A stretch of DNA of 64,000 nucleotides, from the NCBI GenBank assembly GCA_035084275.1, contig CM068751.1:7502001-7566000 (forward strand), given 5' to 3'. The notes beneath the pieces are model-generated. The model was not told the DNA's origin. It worked only from the letters and a program-made list of their open reading frames with translations, and searched no databases. Each line of letters starts with the position of its first letter. Within the stretch, counting starts at the first letter, position 1. A program made the position numbers and the translations under genes. Source of the DNA: Hydrolagus colliei (taxonomy: Eukaryota). Of the stretch, positions 1 through 11,939 are shown piece by piece.

Positions 1-206
1 GTATTATTATTATTATTAAAGGCAAGTTGGCTGCCCACACCTCTTGAAAGCAGAGTGTGTTTAATCTGGGGAAATCATAAGAGAACAGGAAGTGGGAACA
101 AGAAAAAATAAAGCACGCTGGGACGCTACCATGAGTGAGGGCTGCTATATACAGTAAATGCAAGTTGTTCTTTTTGAAAGGAGTACAATAGCAGCGTAGC
201 TCTATA

Positions 207-317
207 AATAATAGTAATAATCCTTGCATTTGATATAGCGCTTTTCACATTTTATCGAAGTCTCAAAGCGCTTCACAGAATATACTGTAAACTGAATTGA
301 CTATGTTTGCGGGTGAA
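207..317 (-). mobile_element. SINE family A, 3' fragment
   Basis: Reverse complement of the family A tail (...ctgtgaagcgctttgagac...gtgaaaagcgctatatcaaatgcaagga(tta)n) seen complete at 4604-4920. Confidence 0.9.
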
Positions 318-997
318 TCAAATGAGCACTGTCTCATTTGTAAGAGCTGAAACACAATGATTCTGTTCCTACGAAAAAGATGTGTCAAATGCACTAGAAT
401 TGTACATGATCTGGGCATGGGAAATGATTTTAGATGGAATGAGGTATTTGGATCAGATTATGTTTTGATCAGATAATTGTGCATCTGGAGACAGCTCTAT
501 TTACAATATGACTTCACTTGCCAAACTCAAGTATTTAATGGGGCCATGTCATTATTACTCTCAGCTTTGTTTATATACTTGTTTATGTAACATTTTGACA
601 TCAATACATTTACAGCGCTGCCAGTCTGGTAGTCTGCCGGGGTTTTATTTTACGTAATTATGATTTTTTTTTGACCATTTCAAAAGTGCAGCCCTTTAAA
701 GTGAAAGCAGCCGGAATGTAGGAAAGTGTAAAATGTTGTACATAAAAGGATTAGTTTTATCAGATCAGTTGCATTTTCCAGATCCTGACCACCAAATCTC
801 AGCTTCTCTGAACATGGAGACTGAAAGCAAAAAGGCTGTGAGCAGTCTGAGACTACGTCTCTCCCATCAGGAAATTTACTCAGATGCATCCATGCTGTTA
901 AGGCAGACTTTGACTCCTCTCTCCACCTCCCACAAGACCATCAGGAATCTGAGAGTCAGACTCTCCCACACGAGAGGAACTCAAATGCATACCCACT

Positions 998-1026
998 CCC
1001 CCCCCCCCCCCCCCCCACCACCCTCC
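998..1026. repeat. Poly-C / C-rich run (G-rich on minus strand)
   Basis: 19 consecutive C followed by accaccctcc; explains the poly-Pro end of ORF 733..1032. Confidence 0.9.
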
Positions 1027-3404
1027 AACTAGAACAAGATCAGGCAGAGATTGCTTTCTCCCCCTTTTTATCTCCAGGGAACAATAACAGAAAAGAAATC
1101 AAAAAAACAACTTGATTCACAACCTTCCCTAGTGCCAGCTATTGTTTGTCATCAGTGAGTTGAGAGGGGAGCTTTATGATGTGAGATAGAGTATAGCAGC
1201 AAAAGGTGGGTAGTGATTAGAACCAGGAAATTATACTTATGGTGCACCATATTTTAGAGGGAACAGACACCTAAACAATAAAAAAAAGTATTAAAACTAT
1301 GCAGTCTGAATTTACCCCCCAAAATTGTGAGTTTGGGGAATATCTGAATTGTGTTCCAGTCTGCAATATTTATTTTACTTAAAGTGATTTGACCTTGGAA
1401 TTTGGCTACCTACTCAAAATACCAACATTTATTGCTTTTACATATCAAATGAAGTGACCCTGTTAAATGTGACATGTTTACTGATTCAAAAACCATGTGG
1501 ATAGTTAAACATCAGGTTGAGCAGAAAGTAGTGGGTTTAGCCAGCGAGTAGCTAAATCATCCGGACGAGAGGTCCTGTCTGCAATGTCTGATGCCTTGAG
1601 TTACTTTGGTGTGCAATGTACAACAACTGTATGTAGATTTGTTCAATAGTCAACAGGGAGGGATATGCATGTATGTCCTGCTCTCCAGGCCTCTCTGTTT
1701 TGTTCACTGAAAGCACAACACAAGCTCATCAATCCAGATTCAGTGGTTTGGCCTCCCACTGCTTGTGTGTGGATTAATCTTTAATCTCAGACCCACACCT
1801 TAGGCAGTGGGGGTGGGGGTTAGACATTTGCTGAGTTCGGACACTATTGAAATCTTGTTTGCACAAGGTCCATTGACAGAGGATGAATGTGATCGATCCA
1901 TATTACCTCTCAATCATTGGTTTGTTTGGAGACTGTTTACAATGTTGTGGTACAAGAAAATCCATCAAGAGTCTAGGTTTAGTGTGGAGACACACACGTC
2001 TGTAGATCATCAGTGAACAAAGGAGTCATTGCGGAGTATGGCAAAGAATATCAACTTGTTCCAATATGGATGGTTGTTTTATGCTCAAAGAAGTGTAGTC
2101 ATGGGGCTGAATTTAATTTCAATTCATAAATCTAAACTTGATTCAGTTCATGAACACTTAACTATTGAACTAAATTTCAAGCCCCTGCACCTCTATTTCC
2201 AGCTACGGAAGTAAATATACTCAGGTTCAAATTTGTAATGTGTTTCATTTCCCCCTTTATACTGCATTTAGAGTTTCATCTCCAACATGATAACAGCAGA
2301 TTTGGCAGTGATAGTGTTTGCAAAATGGATCTTTTTTTATTCATTTTCAATGTTAAATTAGACATGTGTATTTTTGAGTTGAGAATCCTATGTCTCCCCA
2401 CGCATCTGGAAATCGTATGATTAGATTTTAAAAATGGCATCTTTTATTTGCGAAACGACAAAAACATGTAATAAAAATGTAATGCATTCTAGACCCAATA
2501 CTGTGAAAATAACAAGACAAAATAACAATAACAATAGGTTATTTGAACAGAGAATTGATATTTGAAGCAACTTTAACTCTCTGTCCCTTAAGCAGTAAAG
2601 GTGTTGTGGTCAATAACAACAACATTGAGAGCAACACAGAGGAACAAGTGTTCATTAACGATTTGTCATTTGAATACTTAAATATGAGTTATTAAAAGAT
2701 ATTGGAAAATATCAAAAATAAAACGAATGGTAGAATTGTCTTCTGTTTGATTCCTCATTATGTAAATACTTTCATTAAATCATCACAAGGAGCAAATGGA
2801 AAGTTTTATATCGCATTAAATAACCCATTAAAAGTTTAAAGGAAATTTTTAATTGTTCATCATCTCCCTATAATAGCAATTATCTTGGCACCGGTGTCAC
2901 ATTTTGTTGAGAGATTTGGCTGAATATTGAGTAAATCATATATTGTGAAATGGCCTAATTCGCTCTCATCATCTCTTGAACAGAGTCATTCATCTAGCAC
3001 GCTGACTCAGTGAATCATGAGATTAAATGACAAATTTCAACCCCTTAACTGTCAAAACAAATCGAGCCTAGCAGAGAAATTACTTGGAGATAATTCTGCA
3101 TGAGATTGAGATCAAACTATATTGTAGAACTTGCTTGCAATGCAAATGGGAGTTGGAGCGTTCTTAGCATGTTAAAAGAGCTTCAGTTCAGTAAACTCAT
3201 ATATGTAGGGCTTCTTGAGACACATGCATGCATGCAATCAGTGGCAAAGTGAAAACAGTGTAACTTTAAAAAATAATAAACTGCTCTATATTACAAAGGC
3301 TACATATTGGTAAATTAATGGTAAAATGTATGCATTGTTGTACATAAATTTCACCACAGATTTCAACCATGTATATCTCTGTATAACACTGTGTACATAT
3401 ATGA

Positions 3405-3490
3405 TTTCACCAACAGTATATTCTCTGAAGAGCTTTGAGACATTTAGAAAACCTGATAAGCACGATATCAAATACAAGGATTATTATTAT
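3405..3490 (+). mobile_element. SINE family A, diverged 3' fragment
   Basis: cagtatattctctgaagagctttgagaca...atatcaaatacaaggattattattat. Confidence 0.8.
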
Positions 3491-3754
3491 GGTTGAAATC
3501 TGAGGCATTTCATATCATAATAGGCATTCAACATGAGTATAACATCGAATGCACCTAGCAACACCACAAATTTCACCCCATATTCTAGCGGAGGGTGAGA
3601 TTAACGATTATACTTTGTTTTCACTCTTTTCTAAAAACAAAATCGAAGGTCATGCTATAATATTGATCACTTTCCCTTTACTTCCAGGGCGCTTCTCATT
3701 TCTCCATCTCTTCATGTTGCTTTGCCTCTGTTTCTACCCTTTCATCTACAAAAG

Positions 3755-3766
3755 GATACAATGAAG
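3755..3766 (+). CDS. Candidate 12-nt microexon GATACAATGAAG (DTMK in phase 0, or xYNEx in phase 1) of an unidentified host gene
   Basis: 65-nt AG-free pyrimidine-rich tract 3688-3752 containing TGC motifs, acceptor AG at 3753-3754, strong donor AAG|GTAAGA, length divisible by 3. Confidence 0.4.
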
Positions 3767-4603
3767 GTAAGAGTTAAATATGTTACATTTTAGAGTCAGC
3801 GTTTAGAATGTGTTTTAAACCAAAGGCAACTGACGTGAAACAAAAATCTCAGCAAAAATGTAAATTCGAACACAAAAAACATGTGGCTCTGATGTAAGAG
3901 CAAGCAATCTGTCTTGCCAGCTGAATCGAATGATTTGAACTTGTATGGGTTATCTCTCTATAGCCTTTTGGTACTTTCAAAAGGGTTTGCCTACGTTTTG
4001 AATTAAAAGGACAATTACTTTTTTCTCCAAAGATGAAACTGGTAATCACAATGGCAAGTTTTACATTCCCCAAACATGAGTCACTGCAATCACTGCATGG
4101 AAAGTGGACAGGCAGAAAATATACTTATTTATTCATTAGAACACATTTTGAAGGGGTGGCCGCAAGAAGATGGATAAGTTTTTGTTTGCACTGGGTCAGT
4201 AGCAATGTTCCTGTGCTAAGCAAGCAAACAAACAGTTGGAACATGTAGACAGCGTCTGCCTTCTTAAAATAAATGTGACCTGGTATCGAGCATTTTCTCC
4301 TAGAAAGAAGAACGGTCTAGTTATAGCAATTTAATAAACATTTTTTGTTGAGTTAGCACAACAAAGACTTGCGCTGCAGATGGTGTTAAATTCAAGAGCA
4401 ATTTTCAGAGTTGTCCAAGGAGCAAATAACAAAAAAGTGACCTAAAACGATGGGATGTGGAGCGGAAAATCAAATTACTGCAGGACACAGCAACAGAGCT
4501 AATGGTGGATGAGTCAAAAGTTGCATTGTCATAAGCCAGAAAGCAAATCACGAGATCCTGGTCAACGAATGATGTGTGGTGCATAAAGACCGAAATAAAT
4601 TGT

Positions 4604-4920
4604 GGAGTCCTGTAGCTCAGTGGTTAGAACACTTGCCTTACAAGCGTGAGACCTGCGTTCGAATCCAGGCAGGTCGTGGCAAAACCTTGGGCAAGTTTCC
4701 TTACTCCACATGTCTAATAGTAATCCGTTCAAAAAAACTATAATAAATTGGTCATTTCAATCCACGACTGCTTGTGGGACACTGCTGTGCACAATTGGCT
4801 GCTGTGTTTTGCCCACAAATCTACAGTCAATTCACTTTACAGTGTATTCTGTGAAGCGCTTTGAGATGTCTAGAAGATGTGAAAAGCGCTATATCAAATG
4901 CAAGGATTATTATTATTATT
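4604..4920 (+). mobile_element. SINE family A, full length (tRNA-derived head, Deu-like core, L2-type tail)
   Basis: Box A TAGCTCAGTGG 4613-4623, box B GTTCGAATCC 4657-4666, core tgtgggacactgctgtgcacaattggctgc resembling the Deu domain, 3' stem-loop and (TTA)n tail; about 25 related copies in the window. Confidence 0.93.
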
Positions 4921-5129
4921 AAATTACAAATTGGTTAGTATTCTGCAAGAATAAATGATGCAAAGGGCTCTATTAACCCAAACCTCTATTTTCTTTAATC
5001 TATTCTGATCTTGTGAAATTAAGGTCACAAGTCTTGGTGCCCACAAAATAAAAGTCATGAATATGGCCCATGCCTTCCCATTGGTAGTGTCAATATTTGA
5101 CTTGACCTTTTTGTCAACATGAACACCCT

Positions 5130-5275
5130 ACAGATCAGTTTTACGAAGGCAATTGCAGAGACAGATAAATCGAATAACGTTTCTTATTCTTTCTCAAGTG
5201 TGTCCAGCTCTCCAAGTTATTTAGATCTTGTTCAGGAAACTCTCGGAGTGTTTTGTTCTCTCCTGCTGTTCAGAT
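5130..5275 (-). mobile_element. Possible decayed Crypton (tyrosine-recombinase, DUF3504-type) coding relic
   Basis: Minus-strand translation GENKTLREFPEQDLNNLESWTHLRKNKKRYS resembles the Crypton/ZMYM-type GExRxxxExPxxELxxxLxxFxxxxRKxxGxxY segment; judged by eye. Confidence 0.25.
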
Positions 5276-6270
5276 GCGATAACCGAGGAATTCAGCTCGC
5301 TTCATTAAGTGACATATACCTTCTGTTTCACATCTATTTCCATTATCCCATCAAACCAGGAAATTCTTTTCTCTTAAAGCAACGCGTGAAATGTCTAAGG
5401 TGATCAGCCAATGCAAAGTAGACAAGCCCGAACATTTATGAAAGCGAACGTTGTGGATAGTAGCAGCGTAAATAGTTTGCACGGATCGGTTCGACTGTGG
5501 AAGATTTTGTTGAATGTTGGTGTGATAGCATCATATTCGTTCATCAGTTTCTGTCAACGTAGAATCTGACATCAGATACAGGTATTGCAAAAATACCAAG
5601 AACTGCAATTTAAAGCTACAAAAACAAGCAGTAAGTAGTATTATGAGAACAGCCATTACACATTCCAGGGTGGTCAGAAGCTATGTTTACATGACATCAA
5701 CTCCACAGTACACAGGGTCATGTAAATGTTGGTTGTGTTGTTACAGCAGTGTAGCGAGAGAAGGAAAATAATTTCTGCACAAACAAGAGGAGAACATATG
5801 GTACATTATGGTGGGAAAGAGGGAAAATGAATAGTCGGAGCCTGAAGAGAGCAGGAGAAAAATATGGGAACATTTTATCACCAGGTTGAGTTAACAATTA
5901 GTTTCATTACCTTACCACCCCTACCCCCCGCTTTCCTCCTCTGCCAATTTTCATTTCTAACCTCTTCTGTCTGGAAGGTGGTGAGGTATGGTCTAAAAAT
6001 GCACGCTCAAGTGATGGGATTTACATCTGGAGAAAGTTGTTACTATGGGAACAGTCTAGAGTGTTCCAGGGTATTGCACAGCCCATACCACTACTGTAAT
6101 TGATGAGCAGTTTAATGGGGTTATTTTAAGTGATCAGTGATACCCTGCTTGCTATATGGTGGCATTCAAGTCGCTGTAAGAAAAGCTTTGAACGGTATCC
6201 TTCCAACAGCAATGTATATTGATCACATCAGTGTGTTTGCATGTGCAGCGAGTCATGTGCTGAGAAACAT

Positions 6271-6509
6271 AACAATAATAATAATCATCCTTGCATTTAA
6301 TATAACGCTTTTCACATCTTCTAGACGTCTCAAAGCGCTTCACAGAATATACTGTAAAGTGAATTGACTGCATACTTGTGGGCGAAACGCGGCAGCCAAT
6401 TGCTCATAGTGGTGTCGCACAAACAGTCGTGGATTGAAATGACCAATTTTATTATTGTGTTTTTTTGGAGGGATTATTATTAGCCGTGTGGAGTAAGGAA
6501 ACTTGCCCA
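6271..6509 (-). mobile_element. SINE family A, 5'-truncated
   Basis: Matches the 4604-4920 copy from gggcaagtttccttactccac to the tail. Confidence 0.92.
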
Positions 6510-8464
6510 TAGACTGTACATTACATTTTGGAGACCCACAAGGACTTAACATGAACCGAAACACATCATGCAGTTACTCTACCTGTCCCCCTTCTAAATG
6601 TGTCTGTTGGGGTATTTTTTTTTCTGAGTACAATTTCCTCCAAAATGCAGCTTCAAATGCTAAAGATGTCATCAAGTGAACTGTTTACAATACAAGTGTG
6701 GATCGTGAAGCTGCAACACGTTCTTTTTTTCTTCTTTCTGGATTCACATGTGGTTCACTGGCTTCATTTTGATGACCTCTGGTTTGATGGCAAATTGATG
6801 AGAACCACATGTGTATGCATGCACACATAACACAAACACTGGCATATCAATCTAAACTGCAGTTAGAGGAGACAAAGATTTATCACTGCCAACACAAGAC
6901 CCTCGGTTGCTGAAATGAGCTGTAACCGGTTTACAAGCACTGCACTAAATGGCGCATTTGAAAGTTATTAATTAACGGAGGAAGAAATTGTATGCATTAT
7001 TAAGCTTGGGTATTTGTTGCCTCTGGCAGTCTACTCCTGCAGAGAGATGAACAGTTGTCTCAGCCTCCTCTAAGGTGCTGCAAGGATTCATCTTTAGTTT
7101 TGACAATAAAATGAGTATGGGTTTAAGACTGAGGTGCAAACAATCTGAATACAAATAGAAAACCCGTGTCTGAATATGGGAACAGATTTGATATTTTTTC
7201 CCATTACTAATGGAATGCGATTTGAATAATAATAATACTGTTGGACTGACTGTCTGCATTGTCTTGCTTCATGTTGCATATGAAATTTAAATTACTGTTC
7301 TCTCCGCAGTGTGATCTTGATATACATTATTTATTCTCATGGTCTCTGGAACAGAAAATTCTATGATATGAGGATGCAGTACATGGGAACATTTTCCGTT
7401 CAGCAAGGTTGGAGCCCTAAAATAGAATTGTATACAGATTTCAACACTGAAATCCAATCTGTACCATTGGAATTATGGTTTAGTGATAAATCACAGTTTT
7501 GTTTCACTTTATTACATTTGTTTTCATTGAGGCGACCGCAAAGCGCTATTTTGAATTAAAATGACCTTCACTTACTTAATAGATTCTGGTCAGGTAGTGA
7601 GTTTACTGATTAGATTATAAACTGCTTAATTATGACACTCAAATGTAAATGCCCTGGTTGGAAAAATGACAAACACGGCAGCTTTTTATTTTTAATCTGG
7701 GCCTTTGGGAAAGAACCGTAAAGATAGAACCGGATAGAACATGAATGATTAAATTGTTGCAGTGTTATAAACCTTATACTGCCATTCTCCTTGTAAAAAA
7801 AGACTGTTTAAAGCAACTAACTATTAAATTCAGTCCCGCATCTATCCAGTCAGCAGATGATCTTATTTATTGGCCTGTTTGATCTACTCTATTTGTTCTT
7901 TTATGATGATCACATAAAACATCTGTCAAGTGGTATGTGATCAATATGAGAAGATCAATTGAAAGACTTGGGAGGTTTAGTGCCAAGCAACATGAAGATG
8001 TGTTGCAGAGATAAGATTTTAACCTTATTTTTCAATAAAACCAAATGAAGAGGATAATACAAGAGAAGGGTGCTTATTACAGAAAGGGAGTCAAATGTGA
8101 CACAAGTATCAACCTTCAAGCAGAAAATAAACTTATCCATTAAAGAGAAGCTGAAAGAATTCCCTGTGGATTACAGTGCTATTACCAGCACATTGTAATG
8201 GTAGACACAGCAAATATAAAGCACAGCAGGGTAAAATATGTGCATATTTTCAATTATCACAAACTGTGCTCGAATAATCCACTCAAATAATTATATACTT
8301 TTAAAAAAAACACAATAGAGCAAGAAACGCGATAGATTAGTTCAGGTTTCCGCTGGCAGGCTTATATGTGAGGAGAATAGGCACACTGATGTAAAACAGT
8401 GTGAAAATAAAGTTGTCATTACATTTCTGTTTTTTAACAAGCTGCATGGCAGAAAGTTCCCCCA

Positions 8465-8790
8465 AGGGCTGAGTGGGTAAAGCCTTTGCCCAGTCAGAAT
8501 CCAATCCATTCAGATCCAAAAAGCCGCAGATTCCATCACTGATCAGCAATAAATTAACTGATCTCAGGTGAGCTGCATGCAATCAACATCCGCCTCTCGG
8601 GAAAGAAAAACACAGCCAGGGTTCCTAGTCTTGTTTGCTGGTCAGGATATCCTGGTGGGATGCGAAGACAGAATTGAACTAGACTGTGAATCTGTCCCAT
8701 CCTAGCCTGGTATTGCATGAATGAAGATTGATAATTGAGCAAGATACTCAACCTGACACATAGAACTGTACCCAGAATATATGAGTAGCT
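8465..8790 (+). mobile_element. Old SINE family C, diverged copy
   Basis: Shares ttaactgatctcag, cagccagggttcc, gacagaatt and atgaaga blocks in order with the copies at 28790, 35680, 53712 and 63905. Confidence 0.6.
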
Positions 8791-9884
8791 TCATGACTTC
8801 ATGGGCGGCCTGCGTGAAAATTGATTGCATAATGAGGTTTTAGAAGGGACAGAGCATCAGTCTGGCATGTGCGTTCATGGTGTTCCTTCAGAGAAAAGGA
8901 TGGGTTGTTCAAACGGAGAAACAGTAATAAATAAAGCCAGGATTCTTCAAACATCATAAGAAAAAAAAGTCACCCAAATTGTTTAAGTGAACCAAAGGCT
9001 TGCTTTTTTTTAAAAACCCATGATGCACAATAGCATTGTTACCACATTATTTTCAGTCCAATGTGTCTCAACAGTAGGGTTATAAAATCCTTTGATTGCC
9101 CTACATTTCCACACAATCATGATGGTCAAGAAAGTGTCAGATAAAGGCACTTAATCAGCCTCAAGTGTGAGAAATCTACTCACTTCACATTAATTTCAAG
9201 CAGATTTAAACAACCTTTGTAGGTTTTGGTGTGTTAATGAGTGATCTAACAGATAATGCAGTAAATCTTTGATTTGATCCTTGGTAGTCCCACGTTGGTG
9301 CCTTTTGACCTTCTAATCACTTTGCCTTATCCCGAATGTAAATAGGTGATGTACGTCTTACATTAGGTGTTATCTTCATTCTCATTCTTTCATTGATGTA
9401 AAAGGAACATGGTCTACAGATGCCTTGCATATGTTCAATTTTATTTAAAGCAGAATATTGTAGGTAAGTTTACTATTAATGAGACTAATGGATTAGCTAG
9501 GAAAAGGTTTGGTATCAAAACAGGAGGTGTTCAAACGAATTAACCTGTCGGTTCCTGTTCGAGCACAGAAACTTACCTCATTCGATATAGATTTAGCCTT
9601 CATTATATGAATATGCAATGTGTTTGGAGCCAGTCACATTACACCCTAGTCCAGTGAGAGTGGCTTCCATACAGTTCTTGAGCATGTGAAGCACTCTGGG
9701 TGCTTCCTCTACATATAGGTCAATCGGGAATTGATCCTCAAACAGAAACAATCTCTCAGTGGACTCAAATGAAATCATAAAGTGTTTTCTGTAATAATTC
9801 TGGTATTTCACATATTTTGTCAATCTAGAACTGATCAGCTACACACAGATATTTGGAAGGATAAAATATAACCAATATTGTGAT

Positions 9885-9956
9885 TGTAAGGATTATTATT
9901 ATTAAATAATGATTATAATTATTATTATTATCAAATGCAAGGATTACTATTATTAT
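9885..9956 (+). repeat. Two stacked SINE A tails, (TTA)n-rich
   Basis: aaggattattatt... followed by atcaaatgcaaggattactattattatt. Confidence 0.7.
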
Positions 9957-10254
9957 TGCACGCTGCTCTGTCATGGGTTTAAATGACCTTCAAGACAAGG
10001 AGCCACGAACCAATGGCAGTCTTCCTTCATCTCCAAAAGGATATTGATTAATGCTCGGTTACAGTTCCATGTCCACTGTCTTAAAGTGTCCACCTTGCGA
10101 CCATTTATCATGTGACTATCAATAGGCTATTTGACCCAGTTCTGAGCTCACTTGATATACTGCATGTTTCAGTGAGGTCATTGGAAAGCAATGCGGGGGT
10201 GGAAATTTGGCTGATTTTTGCCCTGTTTTGGCTTGGGTGTGAAGCCTATTATAT

Positions 10255-10335
10255 CACTTCTACTCTTCCCTGAGCTGAGATCTGTTTATTCAGCACAAAC
10301 TGCAGATCAGACCTGGGAGCTTCATGAGCCAATTG
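10255..10335 (-). mobile_element. Old SINE family C, short fragment
   Basis: gctgagatctgtttattcagcacaaactg is the reverse of the family C block ggtctgtgctgagttagctgatctcag. Confidence 0.4.
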
Positions 10336-11389
10336 ACTTAGTTACATTCATAACTCTTCCAACCCAGCAATCAAGGAAGGGAAAGCTAAAGAACAGTTTA
10401 ATTATTTCTTGACCGAGCTTTCTGTTTGAATGCCTTGAGGTGCAAAAGCATCCATCTCATCACAAAGGGAGTAAAACCTGATCATACACCTTGTTCGTAG
10501 AACGCACTCCTTCAGCTTTTAGTGAGTGGCATCAGAAGTTGAGAGGAAGCGAGCAACATGTTAATCTATCCTGCTACTGGAGGGATTGACAGCCACGGGG
10601 GAGATGAGGAGATAAGACGGGATAAAACACTTGTTTTCTCTTGTTGTTGGCTATTTTTGTCATGCATCATCCACTAGCTCGAAGGCAAGAACGGTCCATG
10701 GTGACTGTGGATTTCTTTTGGACCACTGGTAATACCACTGACAGGATGCCTGATTCAAGCAGGATAAGTCAGATAATGTCATTCCGCTTCCATTCCCAAC
10801 CCCATCATCCCCCTGGAGATGAGATGCCTCGTTCAGCAGACGAGTTGACAACTGACACGCACCCAACTGAGACCGGCAGGCAGGTCTGATTGACGGGCAG
10901 CCTTGGGATTCAGACTCACAACCTTCAGATTGGGAGATGAACAATTAAATACACTGGCCCCTTGGGCAGCTTGTAGTTTTGTTTATAATAATGGCACAAG
11001 GAATCAATACGAAATATGAATAAAACCAATAGCTACCTGAGAGTAACAGCGCCCTCAGAAATAAACGAAAAGACGGTGAAAAGAATTTAACCGGTAAAGA
11101 AAATGGGGGAAGGAAACAGCGTCTCAGAAGAGATGGGTTTTATTCTCAATGGTTATTAGCAAGTTAGCAACAATGGTAAATCTACCTGCGTATTTTCTGC
11201 TACTTGCTACAAGCAACACATTCAAACATTCAAATAGCTGCCTAATAATAATAATAATGGTGGTGGACTGTCTCGAACACATTAACTGGGGACTTGGGTG
11301 CAACAAAGTATTTTTAGTTGCAAATGCCTCCACTGTTGATCAAATATATGCCTGGAGTCCTGAAATAAACAGTCCCCTACCCCACCAGG

Positions 11390-11630
11390 CTATAAGATAA
11401 AAATTGCCCATGGTTCTTGCCTGTGACCACTATCCATTGACCTCTGGTAGAAGTCTAAGGGCATGTCAGGCTTAACTATGCGTGGCTTTCCTGGCTATTC
11501 TCACACGTGAAGAATGGTCACTTTGGCAAGCTACTGAATGGCAGCCTGTGGAACTCTTTCCTCTTCCCTGCCATCCAGTAATGCTACGTAAATCACCACC
11601 TTCAGGAAAGGTAGCGAAATAGTAGAGAAG
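11390..11630 (+). mobile_element. Old SINE family C, 3' part
   Basis: ctatccattgacctctggtagaag...ctcacacgtgaagaatggtcactttggcaag...tggaact...ccttcaggaaagg; colinear with 28930-29180. Confidence 0.6.
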
Positions 11631-11639
11631 AGGGAAAAA

Positions 11640-11795
11640 AACTCACATCGACCAGAGCCGGAGGCAAAGGTGTAGCCGAAAAGGTGAGGTTTAACTTGAA
11701 GATTGATAGAGAGAGCGAGGGGAGAGATGTAGGAGGTAGAGGGAAGGGGTTCCAGATGTTGTTGTTGGAGGGGGATTGGAGGGATTAAGAGGCGC
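11640..11795 (-). mobile_element. L2 LINE ORF2 C-terminal fragment
   Basis: ggagagatgtaggaggtagagggaaggggttccaga resembles the 44836-45039 L2 segment (APxxWNxLP...LKxHLF). Confidence 0.6.
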
Positions 11796-11939
11796 AATAC
11801 ACATCAGTAGCAAAAACATCAGTATTCTGAATGACACCTGGATGATCCTGTGTTTTGCTTAGAGGCTTTTACTCAGTCAAGAAGATGCCCAAAATATTTG
11901 ACAACAGTTCGGAAAGCAAAACAACAGGCGCTAAACGTC

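Noticed and set aside
3755-3766. KDM1A/LSD1 neural exon 8a (DTVK) orthologue
   Set aside because: DTMK is similar, but I found no following KDM1A exon (VPKEKDEMVEQEF...) in the next 60 kb, so no gene symbol is assigned
4380-4600. RTE-like LINE ORF2 linker (RKQITRSWSTNDVW)
   Set aside because: Similarity too weak, with stops and no RT motif
4604-4675. tRNA gene (Val-TAC-like anticodon arm), also at 44046 and others
   Set aside because: It is the head of a multi-copy SINE, lacks a complete acceptor stem and runs into the SINE body
4710-4922. Apparent small-protein family [14 protein letters not shown]...KCKDYYY repeated in many ORFs (6152, 17139, 52103, 59376, 60929, 61277, 61694)
   Set aside because: All are translations of the SINE A tail; the poly-Tyr and poly-Ile runs come from (TTA)n
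7290-7412. Exon candidate ctctccgcag|...caag|gttgga
   Set aside because: Weak donor, length not divisible by 3, no recognisable peptide
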